Assembly (NCBI GenBank): GCA_022820825.1
Contig: JAJEEU010000021.1
Coordinates: 267 to 64,266 of the forward strand
Direction: 5' to 3'
Length of the DNA: 64,000 bases
Source: Vicinamibacteria bacterium
GTDB taxonomy: Bacteria; Acidobacteriota; Vicinamibacteria; Vicinamibacterales; UBA8438
Position 1 is the stretch's first letter, and each line of letters starts with the position of its first letter. This document shows positions 29,179-39,603 of this stretch, in pieces. A program made the position numbers and the translations under genes. Under the pieces are notes generated by a model that saw only the letters and a list, made by a program, of their open reading frames with translations, did not search any database and was not told the origin of the DNA.

Positions 29179-30987
29179 ATGGACCATCACCGCATTCGCA
29201 ACTTTTCCGTCATCGCGCATATCGATCACGGCAAGTCGACCCTCGCCGACCGCTTTCTGGAGTTGACCGGGGCCCTGCGGCCGCGGGAGATGGAGGCGCA
29301 GGTGCTCGACAGCATGGATCTCGAGCGCGAGCGCGGCATCACGATCAAGGCCCACGCCGTGCGCCTGTCCTACACGGCGGACGACGGCCAATCCTACGTG
29401 CTGAACCTGATCGATACGCCCGGTCACGTGGACTTCTCGTACGAAGTGGCCCGCTCGCTCGCGGCGTGCGAGGGCGCCCTGTTGCTGGTAGACGCTTCCC
29501 AGGGGGTGGAGGCGCAGACAGTCGCGAACGCCTACCTCGCCGTGGACCACGACCTGGAAATCATCCCCGTCATCAACAAGATTGACCTGCCCGGCGCGCA
29601 GCCGGAAGAGACCGCGCAAGAGGTGGAGGAGCTGGTGGGTCTCGATCCGGCGCTGTCGATCAGGGCCAGCGCCAAGGACGGGACGGGCGTGCGTGAGGTC
29701 CTCGAGGCGGTGGTGGCGCGCGTGCCGCCGCCGCGGGGGGCGCCCGAAGCGCCGCTCAAGGCGCTGATCTTCGATTCCTGGTACGACGCGTACCGCGGGG
29801 TGGTCGTGTTGATTCGCGTCGTGGACGGCGCCATCCGGCCCGGCATGCGGGTGCGGCTGATGGCCCAGGGGCAGGAGTGCGAAATCGAGCAGGTCGGCGT
29901 CTTCTCGCCGAAGCCGGTCGACACGGACACGCTGGGCGTAGGCGAGGTCGGCTTCGTGATTGCCGGCATCAAGCGCGTGCAGGATGCCCGCATCGGCGAT
30001 ACGCTGACCGAGGCGGCGCGGCCCACGGCGGCAGCGCTCCCCGGCTTCCGCGAGCTGAAGCCGATGGTGTTCGCGGGGCTGTATCCGGTCGAGGGCCACC
30101 GGTACCCCGAGTTGCGCGACGCCCTCGACAAGCTGCGCCTCAACGACGCCGCGTTCGTGTTCGAGCCGGAAACTTCCGGCGCGCTCGGATTCGGCTTCAG
30201 GTGCGGCTTTCTCGGCCTCCTGCACATGGAGATTGTGCAGGAGCGCCTGGAGCGCGAGTTCGACATGGACCTGGTCACGACCGCGCCGGGCGTGCTGTAC
30301 CGCGTGACGACGACCGACGGCGAGGTGGCCGAGATCGACAATCCCGCGAAGCTGCCGCCGCCCGGCAGCATCGAGCGCGTCGAGGAACCGGTCATAGACG
30401 CCGTGATCCTGGCGCCGGCCGACTGCGTCGGCGCCATCCTCAAGCTGTGCCAGGAGAAGCGCGGCGTCCAGAAGAACCTGGAGTATCACGGTTCGCACCG
30501 CGTCGTGATCACCTACGAGCTGCCGTTCAACGAGGTCGTGCTCGACTTCTACGACCGTCTCAAGACCGTGTCGCGCGGGTACGCCTCGCTCGACTATCAT
30601 GTGTCGAAGTACTGGGAGTCGCCGCTGGTCCGACTGGACCTGCTGGTCAACGCCGAGCCGGTCGACGCCCTCTCGGTGATCGTTCACCGGGACATGGCGT
30701 ACATGCGGGGCCGCGCGCTCGCGGCGCGGATGCGCAAGCTGATTCCGCGTCAGATGTTCGAGGTGGCGATCCAGGCCGCCGTCGGCACGCGGATCATTGC
30801 GCGCGAGACGGTCAGGCCGCTGCGCAAGAACGTCCTGGCGAAGTGCTACGGCGGCGACATCACCCGCAAGCGCAAGCTGCTGGAGAAGCAGAAGGAAGGG
30901 AAACGCCGGATGAAGCGAGTCGGCCAGGTCGAGATCCCGCAGGAGGCGTTTCTCGCGGTGCTCAGGCTCGGAAACGAACCGGGCTGA
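29179..30987 (+). CDS. lepA: translation elongation factor 4 (LepA)
   Basis: [28 protein letters not shown] and NKID GTPase motifs plus the LepA C-terminal domain. TTG at 29176 is an alternative start. Confidence 0.95.
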   Translation: MDHHRIRNFSVIAHIDHGKSTLADRFLELTGALRPREMEAQVLDSMDLERERGITIKAHAVRLSYTADDGQSYVLNLIDTPGHVDFSYEVARSLAACEGALLLVDASQGVEAQTVANAYLAVDHDLEIIPVINKIDLPGAQPEETAQEVEELVGLDPALSIRASAKDGTGVREVLEAVVARVPPPRGAPEAPLKALIFDSWYDAYRGVVVLIRVVDGAIRPGMRVRLMAQGQECEIEQVGVFSPKPVDTDTLGVGEVGFVIAGIKRVQDARIGDTLTEAARPTAAALPGFRELKPMVFAGLYPVEGHRYPELRDALDKLRLNDAAFVFEPETSGALGFGFRCGFLGLLHMEIVQERLEREFDMDLVTTAPGVLYRVTTTDGEVAEIDNPAKLPPPGSIERVEEPVIDAVILAPADCVGAILKLCQEKRGVQKNLEYHGSHRVVITYELPFNEVVLDFYDRLKTVSRGYASLDYHVSKYWESPLVRLDLLVNAEPVDALSVIVHRDMAYMRGRALAARMRKLIPRQMFEVAIQAAVGTRIIARETVRPLRKNVLAKCYGGDITRKRKLLEKQKEGKRRMKRVGQVEIPQEAFLAVLRLGNEPG

Positions 30988-30989
30988 CC

Positions 30990-31676
30990 ATGTCCTCACC
31001 GGCGCGCAAGTCCACCGCCCGCGAATATTTCGAGTCGATCGTCATCGCGGTGATCCTGGCGCTCTTCATCCGCACCTGGGTCGTGCAGGCGTTCAAGATC
31101 CCGACCGGCTCGATGGAGGAGAACCTGCTGATCGGAGATCACCTCCTGGTCAACAAGTTCGTCTTCGGTCCCACCGCGGGCACGGCCGGGGAGCAACTGC
31201 TGCCGGTCGGCCGCGTCGAGCGCGGCGACATCCTCGTGTTCAAGTTTCCGGACGATCCGGAGCGCGACTTCATCAAGCGCGTCATCGGCCTGCCGGGGGA
31301 GAGGATCGAGTTGCGCGGCAAGCAGGTGTTCATCGACGGGCAGCCGCTCGACGAGCCGTACCTGCCGCCGGAGGCAACGACCCTGCCCGCCGGTGCGGCG
31401 CCGGTTGACGGGCGCGACAACTACGGTCCGTTGGAGATTCCCGCCGGCCACTATTTCATGATGGGCGACAATCGCGACAACTCGCAGGACAGCCGCTACT
31501 GGGGTCCGCTGCCGCACGGCCACCTGAAGGGCCGGGCCATGATCATCTACTGGTCCTACGATGCGGGGCCGCCGGTCATCGACGGCGGCGCGTCCGGAAT
31601 CCAGCGCTTCGCGTCGACCGTGGGGCGCTTCTTCACCGGTACCCGCTGGAACCGGATGTTCCGGCAGGTCGGCTGA
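30990..31676 (+). CDS. lepB: signal peptidase I
   Basis: IPTGSMEENLLIGD (catalytic Ser), GDILVFKFP, KRVIGLPGE and GDNRDNSQDSRYWG motifs. Classical lepA-lepB pairing. Confidence 0.9.
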   Translation: MSSPARKSTAREYFESIVIAVILALFIRTWVVQAFKIPTGSMEENLLIGDHLLVNKFVFGPTAGTAGEQLLPVGRVERGDILVFKFPDDPERDFIKRVIGLPGERIELRGKQVFIDGQPLDEPYLPPEATTLPAGAAPVDGRDNYGPLEIPAGHYFMMGDNRDNSQDSRYWGPLPHGHLKGRAMIIYWSYDAGPPVIDGGASGIQRFASTVGRFFTGTRWNRMFRQVG

Positions 31677-32427
31677 CGCCGGCGGTCGGCTGCGTCCCGC
31701 GCGGAGTGCGCGGGCCGAAGATCGCCGTGCCCACGCGCACGATCGTGGCGCCCTCCTCGATCGCCACCTCGACGTCGTGGCTCATGCCCATCGACAGCTC
31801 GCGCAGGCAGGCGGGGGGCGCGCCGGCGTCCAGCAGGCTGTCGCGCAACTCGCGCAGGCGCCGGAACCAGGGGCGGGCGGCCTCCGGGTCGGCCGACCAC
31901 GGTGGGAGCACCATCAGGCCGCGGACGACGACCGCCCGGCACGCGGCGCCGGCGTCCAGGATCTCCCGGACGGCGTCGGGCGGCGCGCCGTGCTTGGTGC
32001 GCTCCCTGGCCAGGTCAACCTGCACCAGCAGGCTCGCCGTCGTGCCCTCCTCCGCGGCCGCGCGATCGACGCGCTGCAGCAGGGCGACGCTGTCCAGCGA
32101 CTGGATCCAAGCCATGGCAACCGCGGCGCGGCGGGCCTTGTTCGACTGCAGATGTCCGATCAGATGCCACGTGATCCCGTGCAGGTCCGCCGCGCCGGCA
32201 ATCTTGTCGAGCGCTTCCTGCACGCGGTTTTCGCCGAGATCGGCCAGGCCGGCAGCCGCCGCGGCGCGCACGTGGCCGATCGGAAAGGTCTTGGATACGC
32301 CCACCAGCCGGACGGAGCGCGGGTCGCGGCCGGCGCGCTCGCAGGCGCGCGCCATCCGTTCGCGAACGCCGTGGAGATTGGCGGCAATCGCAGCGGCGAG
32401 CTCGCCGGCAGGTGGGCGCGTCGTCAC
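31633..32427 (-). CDS. yggS: YggS-family pyridoxal-phosphate homeostasis protein
   Basis: LVGVSKTFP (PLP lysine), HLIGHLQSNK, SMGMSHD and VRVGTAIFG motifs. GTG at 32427 lies 2 nt after the upstream stop. The 3' tail overlaps the convergent lepB by 44 nt. Confidence 0.8.
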   Translation of the reverse strand: MTTRPPAGELAAAIAANLHGVRERMARACERAGRDPRSVRLVGVSKTFPIGHVRAAAAAGLADLGENRVQEALDKIAGAADLHGITWHLIGHLQSNKARRAAVAMAWIQSLDSVALLQRVDRAAAEEGTTASLLVQVDLARERTKHGAPPDAVREILDAGAACRAVVVRGLMVLPPWSADPEAARPWFRRLRELRDSLLDAGAPPACLRELSMGMSHDVEVAIEEGATIVRVGTAIFGPRTPRGTQPTAGVSRPAGTSGSSGYR

Positions 32428-32429
32428 CG

Positions 32430-33404
32430 TCAGGGTTCGAGATCGGCGAGCGCCGCGCGCGCCTGTGCGGCGTGCTCGCCCGCGCCGTCGATCTGCAGAT
32501 AGCGCCGGAAGTGCGCCGCCGCCTGGTCGGTGGCGCCGGCTCGCAGGCCGGCCACGCCAAGCCAGTAGTGGGTCGGCCCGAAGCTGGAGTCGCGCCGCAG
32601 CAGCGTCTCGAGGTCGGCCAGCGCACCGCGCGCGTCGCCGGCTTCCAGCCTTGCGACACCCTGCTGCAGCGCTTCCTCGAGCAGCCGCCGGCGTTCCACC
32701 AGCCGCTCGCGCGCCAATCGGGTTGCCTCGTCCCGGGCAGCCTGCGCGTCGGCCGTGCGCCCCTGCCGTGTGTAGACGCTGGCCAGACCGTAGTACGCGG
32801 CGGAGTATTCCGGGGTTATCTCCACCACACGCCGGAACGCCGTCTCGGCGCCGTCGAGCTGATCGAGCTCCGTGTGGGCGATGGCCAGGTTGTAGTGGCA
32901 CGCCGCACAGTCCGGGGTCCGCGCAATGGCCCGCATGAACTCCTCTATTGCGCTGGCGTGGTCGTTGGCGCGGCTGGCGCGCAGCCCGGCTGCGAACGCT
33001 CTCGATGCGGCCTCGCGGTCGCCGAGCTCGGCGATCCAGGCGGCGTCGCGGCGTCCGGCCGCGAGCTGCACGTTCACCTGCACGGTGCGGCCGGACCGGA
33101 TGCGGACCCGGAACATGTCGCCGCGGAGGTCTGCCTTGCCGGCGGTGACGGTGTACAGCCCCGCCGCGATGCCGGCTCGAGTGTACGTCCCGTCGGCCGC
33201 GGTTTCGACGGTAGCCGCCTCACCGTCCCCCGCCAGCGAACGTATGGCCACCTGCGCATCGGCTACGGGCCGCTGCTGCTCGTCGACGACACGGCCGCGC
33301 AGCACGCCCGCTTCCTGCGCCGCCGCCGAAACGGCGGCCGACCCCGCCAGCACCGCGACGCACACCGACCACACGAGCTGCCCGCGGTGGACCCTGCCAA
33401 ACAT
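32430..33404 (-). CDS. secreted protein with carboxypeptidase-regulatory-like domain and TPR repeats
   Basis: Signal peptide (VCVAVLAGSAAVSAAAQE). A GVLRGRVVDEQQRPVADAQV beta-sandwich-like segment is followed by TPR-like repeats (AIEEFMRAIARTPD..., AYYGLASVYTRQGR...). Confidence 0.7.
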   Translation of the reverse strand: MFGRVHRGQLVWSVCVAVLAGSAAVSAAAQEAGVLRGRVVDEQQRPVADAQVAIRSLAGDGEAATVETAADGTYTRAGIAAGLYTVTAGKADLRGDMFRVRIRSGRTVQVNVQLAAGRRDAAWIAELGDREAASRAFAAGLRASRANDHASAIEEFMRAIARTPDCAACHYNLAIAHTELDQLDGAETAFRRVVEITPEYSAAYYGLASVYTRQGRTADAQAARDEATRLARERLVERRRLLEEALQQGVARLEAGDARGALADLETLLRRDSSFGPTHYWLGVAGLRAGATDQAAAHFRRYLQIDGAGEHAAQARAALADLEP

Positions 33405-33430
33405 CGTGGATCCAGTCTAACAGCCCTATC

Positions 33431-33577
33431 CGACGGTGGAAGCATGCAGGGGACGGTGAGCAGGCAGGCAGCCGTCCCCAAGCCGCGCACAGCGCGGCCC
33501 GCCGGTCGCGGAGTGGGGCGAGGGGGTCCCCGCGAGTGGCCGGCGGGGGTTTGGGGCGCAGCCCCAAGTTAACGATG
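33431..33577 (+). repeat. intergenic multi-hairpin repeat, copy B (truncated, lacks the distal module)
   Basis: Contains GGGGACGGT...GCCGTCCCC, GCCGCGCACAGCGCGGC and CCGGTCGC...GTGGCCGG, and ends GGGGGTTTGGGGCGCAGCCCCAAGTTAACGATGC. The last 9 nt overlap the dinG-like stop codon on the opposite strand. Confidence 0.8.
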
Positions 33578-35527
33578 CCGCGAAATGAACGACCGCACTG
33601 CTTCGATTTCGTGGGTGATCGGCGCGGGCGGCAGGCTGTCGAGGAAACGCCGCCCGTAGCCTCGTGTGCGTACCCGCGCGTCGAACAGCGCGAGCACCCC
33701 GCGGTCGCTGCGGTGCCGCAGCAGGCGCCCGAAGCCCTGCAGCAGGGTGAGGATGGCGAGCGGCACCTGGTAGTCCGCGAACGCATTGCCGCCGTCTGCC
33801 TCGATCGCCTCGATGCGCGCCGCCGTCACCGGGTCGGCCGGGGATGCGAACGGCAGCTTGTCGACGACGACGCAGCTCAGCGCCTCGCCCGCGACGTCCA
33901 CGCCCTGCCAGAAGCTGGAAGTGGCCAGCAGCACCGCCTGGGGCGTCGATCGAAACTCGCGCAGCAGCACCGAACGAGGCGCCGAGCCCTGGACGAGCAG
34001 TGGATAGGGCAGATCGGGATCGAGCTGCCGGCGCACCGCACGCAGGTTGGCGTAGCTGGTGAACAGCACGAACGCGCGGCCGCGCGTGGCGCGCAGCAAC
34101 TCGCCGAGCTCCCGCGCCATCGCGCCGGCGAACCGCTGGGTCCTGGGGTCCGGCATCTCGCGCGGCAGATACAGCAGCGCCTGCTGCTCGAAGTCGTACT
34201 CGGGGAGCAGGCGCATCTGGTGCGCGTCGGTGATGCCGAGCCGGCCCCGGAAGTAGTCGAAGGAGTCGTCCACCGCCAGCGTCGCCGACGTGAGGACAGT
34301 GCTCTCGGCGCGTTCGAGAATCAGCTCCCGGACGATGCCGGACACGTCGATCGGAGCCGCACGCAGGACCACCCCCTTGCCGCGGCGCTCCAGGAAGTAG
34401 ACGAAGCCGGCGTCGGAGGCGTCGAGCAGGAACCGGATCTGCTCGCGCAGCTCGGCCGCGCGCCGCGCCAGCGCCGCCAGCTCTTCCGTTGCGTCCACCA
34501 GTTCTCCGAAGGTCCGTTCCAGCGCGGTCAGGCTCTCGGCGAGGCCCGTCGCCGGCTCCGTCGCCGGCTCCAGCTTCTCGGCGGTCACCCGCATTCGATC
34601 GCCTTCCGGGACGATGTTCCTGAGAGCTTCGGCAAACACGTGCCCGCGGTAGCGGACATCGTCAACGCGCCGGCGCGCATCGTCGCTGTGCGGACCGCCG
34701 GCCGGGTCGCTGCCCGCCAGCGCGCGCTGTCCGTCCCGCGCCAGCTCCTCGAGCCGGTAGTTGCTGATGCCGGTGCCGAAGTACTGGGTCGCGACGTCTT
34801 CGAGCTGGTGCGCCTCGTCGATCACCGTGCAGGCGCAGGAGGGGATGACTTCGCCGTAGGCGCCCCGTCGCACGGCCGCGTCGGCGCACAGCAGGTGGTG
34901 GTTGACGATGACAAGGTCGGATTCGAGCGCCTGCCGCCGCATGCGCGTCACGAAACAGTCGTCGTAGCGCGGGCACTCCGTCCCGATGCAGTTCTCCGAC
35001 GCCGCGGAGATTTCGTTCCAGAGCGGGTAGTCGTCCGGCAGATCCTCCACCTCCGACCGGTCGCCGGTCTCCGTCTGGTCCGCCCACTCCCGCAGGGTGT
35101 GGATGTAGGCGCCGTCGGCCCCGCTGCGCGGCCCGCCGTCCTCCAGCACGGATTCGAAGCGCTGCAGGCACAGGTAGTTCGCGCGGCCCTTCATGTAGGC
35201 CGCCGTGAACGACACGCCCAGCGCCTCGCGGAGCGCCGGCAGATCCTTGTAGTAGATCTGGTCCTGCAGGTTCCGGGTGCCGGTGGACACCAGCACCCGC
35301 CGCCCGCTGAGGATGGCCGGAACCAGGTACGCCAGCGTCTTGCCGGTGCCGGTGCCGGCCTCCGCCAGCAGCACGCCGCCGTCCGCGAGGATGTCCCCCA
35401 CGGCCGCAGCCATCTCGCGCTGGCTCGGACGCGGCTCGAACGCCGGCATCGCGGCCGCCAGCGTCCCGCCGTCGGAGAACGCCGCGGCTATGCGCTCGTC
35501 GAGCGTTTCGCCTGCGGTATCGCTCAC
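33569..35527 (-). CDS. ATP-dependent DNA helicase, DinG/XPD (Rad3) family with Fe-S cluster cysteines
   Basis: AEAGTGTGKTLAYL Walker A, DEAH box (VIDEAHQLED), and a four-Cys segment (YLCLQR...CIGTECPRYDDC). Confidence 0.85.
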   Translation of the reverse strand: MSDTAGETLDERIAAAFSDGGTLAAAMPAFEPRPSQREMAAAVGDILADGGVLLAEAGTGTGKTLAYLVPAILSGRRVLVSTGTRNLQDQIYYKDLPALREALGVSFTAAYMKGRANYLCLQRFESVLEDGGPRSGADGAYIHTLREWADQTETGDRSEVEDLPDDYPLWNEISAASENCIGTECPRYDDCFVTRMRRQALESDLVIVNHHLLCADAAVRRGAYGEVIPSCACTVIDEAHQLEDVATQYFGTGISNYRLEELARDGQRALAGSDPAGGPHSDDARRRVDDVRYRGHVFAEALRNIVPEGDRMRVTAEKLEPATEPATGLAESLTALERTFGELVDATEELAALARRAAELREQIRFLLDASDAGFVYFLERRGKGVVLRAAPIDVSGIVRELILERAESTVLTSATLAVDDSFDYFRGRLGITDAHQMRLLPEYDFEQQALLYLPREMPDPRTQRFAGAMARELGELLRATRGRAFVLFTSYANLRAVRRQLDPDLPYPLLVQGSAPRSVLLREFRSTPQAVLLATSSFWQGVDVAGEALSCVVVDKLPFASPADPVTAARIEAIEADGGNAFADYQVPLAILTLLQGFGRLLRHRSDRGVLALFDARVRTRGYGRRFLDSLPPAPITHEIEAVRSFISRHR

Positions 35528-35562
35528 GTCGGTTGCGGCTTGCCGCGGCCCGTCGCGGGCCG

Positions 35563-36849
35563 CTAGTCGGGATCCGGATACAACGGGAACTTCCGGCAGA
35601 GCGCTTCGACCTCGTCGCGCACCATCCGCGCTACCCGTTCGTCCCCGGGCGCGGCCAGCACGCGCGCGATCAGCTCGCCGATGGCGTCCATCTCGGCTTC
35701 ACCCATGCCGCGGGTGGTGAGCGCGGGCGTGCCGAGGCGAATGCCGCTCGCCACCATGGGCGGGTTTTCGTCGAACGGGATGGCGTTCTTGTTGACGGTG
35801 ATGCCGGCGCTACCCAGCGCCGCCTCGGCGACCTTGCCGGTCAGCCCCTGCGAGAAGACGTCGACGAGCAGCAGGTGATTGTCGGTGCCCCCGCTCACCA
35901 GGCGGAAACCGCTCGCGGCCAGCGCCGCGGCAAGGCGCCGCGCATTGGCCACGACCTGCCGCTGATAAGCTGCGAACCCCGGCTCGGACGCTTCCTTGAG
36001 ACAGACCGCCTTGGCGGCGATGACGTGCATGAGCGGTCCGCCCTGCACGCCCGGGAACAGGGCGCGGTTGAGGTTCTTCGCGTGTTCGGCGCGGCACAGC
36101 GCCAGTCCGCCGCGCGGTCCCCGGAGCGTCTTGTGGGTCGTGGTCGTCACGATGTCGGAGTAGGGCACCGGGCTCGGATGCACCCCGGTGGCGACCAGTC
36201 CGGCGATGTGGGCCATGTCCGTGACCATCGCCGCGCCCACCGCCCGCGCGGTGCCTGCGATGCGCGCGAAGTCGATCTCGCGCGGGTAGGCGCTGGCGCC
36301 GACCATGATCATCCCCGGCTTGTGCTCGTGCGCCAGCCGGTCCAGCTCGTCATGGTCGATCCGCTCGTCGTCCCGCCGCACGCCGTACGGCACGATGTCG
36401 TACAACTGACCGGAGAAATTGAGCGGGTGGCCGTGGGTGAGGTGGCCGCCGTGCGCCAGGTTCATGCCGAGCACGGTGTCGCCCGGCTCGAGCAGCGCGA
36501 AATAGGCCGCCATGTTCGCCTGGGCGCCCGAGTGCGGCTGGACGTTGGCGTGCTCCGCGCCGAAGAGCGCCTTGGCCCGCTCGATCGCCAGAGATTCGGC
36601 GACGTCGACGTACTCGCACCCGCCGTAGTAGCGCCGGCCGGGATAGCCCTCCGCGTACTTGTTGGTGAGCACCGACCCGAGCGTCTCGAGCACGGCGGCG
36701 CTGACGAAGTTCTCCGAGGCAATCAGCTCCAGGCCCGTGTTCTGGCGCGTGACCTCGTCGCGAACGGCCCGGGCGACCTCGGGATCCACCTCCGCGGCGG
36801 TGCGCCGGCGGTCGGTGTCGATTGCTTGCAGCGTGTCCGTCATCTTCAT
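35563..36849 (-). CDS. glyA: serine hydroxymethyltransferase
   Basis: [21 protein letters not shown] and [14 protein letters not shown] (PLP lysine) motifs. Confidence 0.95.
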   Translation of the reverse strand: MKMTDTLQAIDTDRRRTAAEVDPEVARAVRDEVTRQNTGLELIASENFVSAAVLETLGSVLTNKYAEGYPGRRYYGGCEYVDVAESLAIERAKALFGAEHANVQPHSGAQANMAAYFALLEPGDTVLGMNLAHGGHLTHGHPLNFSGQLYDIVPYGVRRDDERIDHDELDRLAHEHKPGMIMVGASAYPREIDFARIAGTARAVGAAMVTDMAHIAGLVATGVHPSPVPYSDIVTTTTHKTLRGPRGGLALCRAEHAKNLNRALFPGVQGGPLMHVIAAKAVCLKEASEPGFAAYQRQVVANARRLAAALAASGFRLVSGGTDNHLLLVDVFSQGLTGKVAEAALGSAGITVNKNAIPFDENPPMVASGIRLGTPALTTRGMGEAEMDAIGELIARVLAAPGDERVARMVRDEVEALCRKFPLYPDPD

Positions 36850-37071
36850 TTACTCGGGGCTGCGCCCCAAACCCCCGCCGGCCACTCGCGGGGACCCCTT
36901 CGCCCCACTCCGTGGCCGGCGGGCCGCGCCGTGCGCGGCCTGGGGACGGCTGCTCCCATGGTCGCCGTCCCCTTTCGTACTTCAGCGTTATTGGTATTTC
37001 GTCGTTGGAGGATGCCGGCCCTTGTCTTGCGTGGGTTTGCGCCCCAAACCCCCAGCAAGCGCTGGCGGAGT
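36850..37071 (-). repeat. intergenic multi-hairpin repeat, copy C (full length; fills the rpiB-glyA spacer)
   Basis: Proximal module GGGGCTGCGCCCCAAACCCCC at 36857-36877. Hairpins at 36942-36972, about 36925-36941 and 36875-36916. The distal module GGGTTTGCGCCCCAAACCCCC is at about 37033-37053. Confidence 0.85.
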
Positions 37072-37530
37072 TTAGCCACTGACTGCTGGCGCCGCCCGTT
37101 CTGCGGCGGCGATCTTGTCGACCCGGCGCTGGTGCCGTCCTCCGTCGAACGGCTCGGCGAGGAACGTCTCGACGATGGCGAGCGCGTCGTCGACCGCGAG
37201 GGTGCCGGCGCCCAGCGTCAGGACGTTGGCGTCGTTATGCCGGCGGGTGGCGCGCGCCGCGGCCTGCGTCGTGACCGGCGCCGCGCGAACGCCGCGGACC
37301 TTGTTCGCGGCGATTGCCATGCCGATCCCGCTGCCGCAGATCAGGATGCCCCGATCACACGTCCCTGACGCCACGCTCTGCGCCACGCTGGCCGCGTAGT
37401 CGGGGTAGTCGACCGGCTCCGGCGTGTCCGGACCGAAGTCTTCGTATGCGAGATGCTGCCGGTCCAGGAACTGCTTGACCCGGGTCTTGAGATCCACCCC
37501 GTGGTGGTCGGCGCCCAAGGCGATCCGCAT
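37072..37530 (-). CDS. rpiB: ribose-5-phosphate isomerase B
   Basis: MRIALGADHHG, ICGSGIGMAIAANK and NDANVLTLG motifs of the RpiB/LacAB family. Confidence 0.9.
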   Translation of the reverse strand: MRIALGADHHGVDLKTRVKQFLDRQHLAYEDFGPDTPEPVDYPDYAASVAQSVASGTCDRGILICGSGIGMAIAANKVRGVRAAPVTTQAAARATRRHNDANVLTLGAGTLAVDDALAIVETFLAEPFDGGRHQRRVDKIAAAERAAPAVSG

Positions 37531-37541
37531 CGTCAGATTGT

Positions 37542-37549
37542 ACTATAGT
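37542..37549. promoter_or_regulatory. AT-rich palindrome ACTATAGT giving a TATAGT -10-like hexamer on both strands (rpiB/thiC divergent spacer)
   Basis: The only AT-rich stretch in the 41-bp spacer. On the plus strand TATAGT (37544-37549) lies about 22 nt before the thiC ATG, with AAGGAG in between. The minus-strand TATAGT ends 11 nt before the rpiB ATG. Confidence 0.35.
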
Positions 37550-37559
37550 GCCGTAATAA

Positions 37560-39281
<1,722 letters not shown>

Positions 39282-39290
39282 CCGACAGCC

Positions 39291-39339
39291 GAGACCGGCG
39301 ATCCCGGTCTCCCCGCTCCTGTCCCCGGCTCGCGGGGAC
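39291..39339 (+). terminator. two tandem GC hairpins after thiC (terminator-like, no U tract)
   Basis: GAGACCGG-cgatc-CCGGTCTC (39291-39311) and GTCCCCG-gctcg-CGGGGAC (39321-39339), starting 10 nt after the thiC stop. Confidence 0.4.
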
Positions 39340-39603
39340 GCTGATGCAGGGGCAGCTTGTCCGCCCTTGTTCCCTCTGTTAGTAATCGGGTGGAGGATTC
39401 GCGGCGCGTGCACCGGCGCAGCCGCGCGCGGTCGTGCCCGCAGCCGTGCGGCAACGGTCCGCCTCGCGCACCCCATGGGGCAAGTAGTGGGCGGCAGAAA
39501 CGGGCGGATTCGCCGACTACCGGCTTTTTGCATGACGCTACCTTGTCTGCGGCGTTTGCCGCGGTCAAGACTCGCAATTCATGGTGCGCGCCAGCGTCAG
39601 TGA

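Noticed and set aside
28417-30999. An 860-aa minus-strand ORF opposite citrate synthase and lepA. Similar cases lie opposite secD (58863-60614) and the dinG-like gene (33536-35566, plus strand).
   Set aside because: Antisense to genes with unambiguous signature motifs, with Arg-rich low-complexity translations. The 33536 ORF merely starts at the ATG carried in the repeat tail.
31633-31676. A 44-nt convergent overlap of the lepB and yggS 3' ends.
   Set aside because: It is probably a consequence of a late stop codon in yggS, whose tail lies beyond the conserved VRVGTAIFG motif. I see no evidence for a functional antisense arrangement.
36846-37079. Small ORFs through the intergenic repeat. Examples are the 77-aa ORF ending GVWGAAPSK and the opposite-strand GLRPKPPA...AAPCAAWGR peptides, which appear at all full copies.
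   Set aside because: All frames are open in this GC-rich element. Start codons are not conserved: ATG in one copy, TTG in others, none in copy C. Copy D has an in-frame TAG in the forward frame. Differences between copies B and C are mostly non-synonymous in every frame. Paired stem changes fit a structural element better. A micro-protein cannot be strictly excluded.
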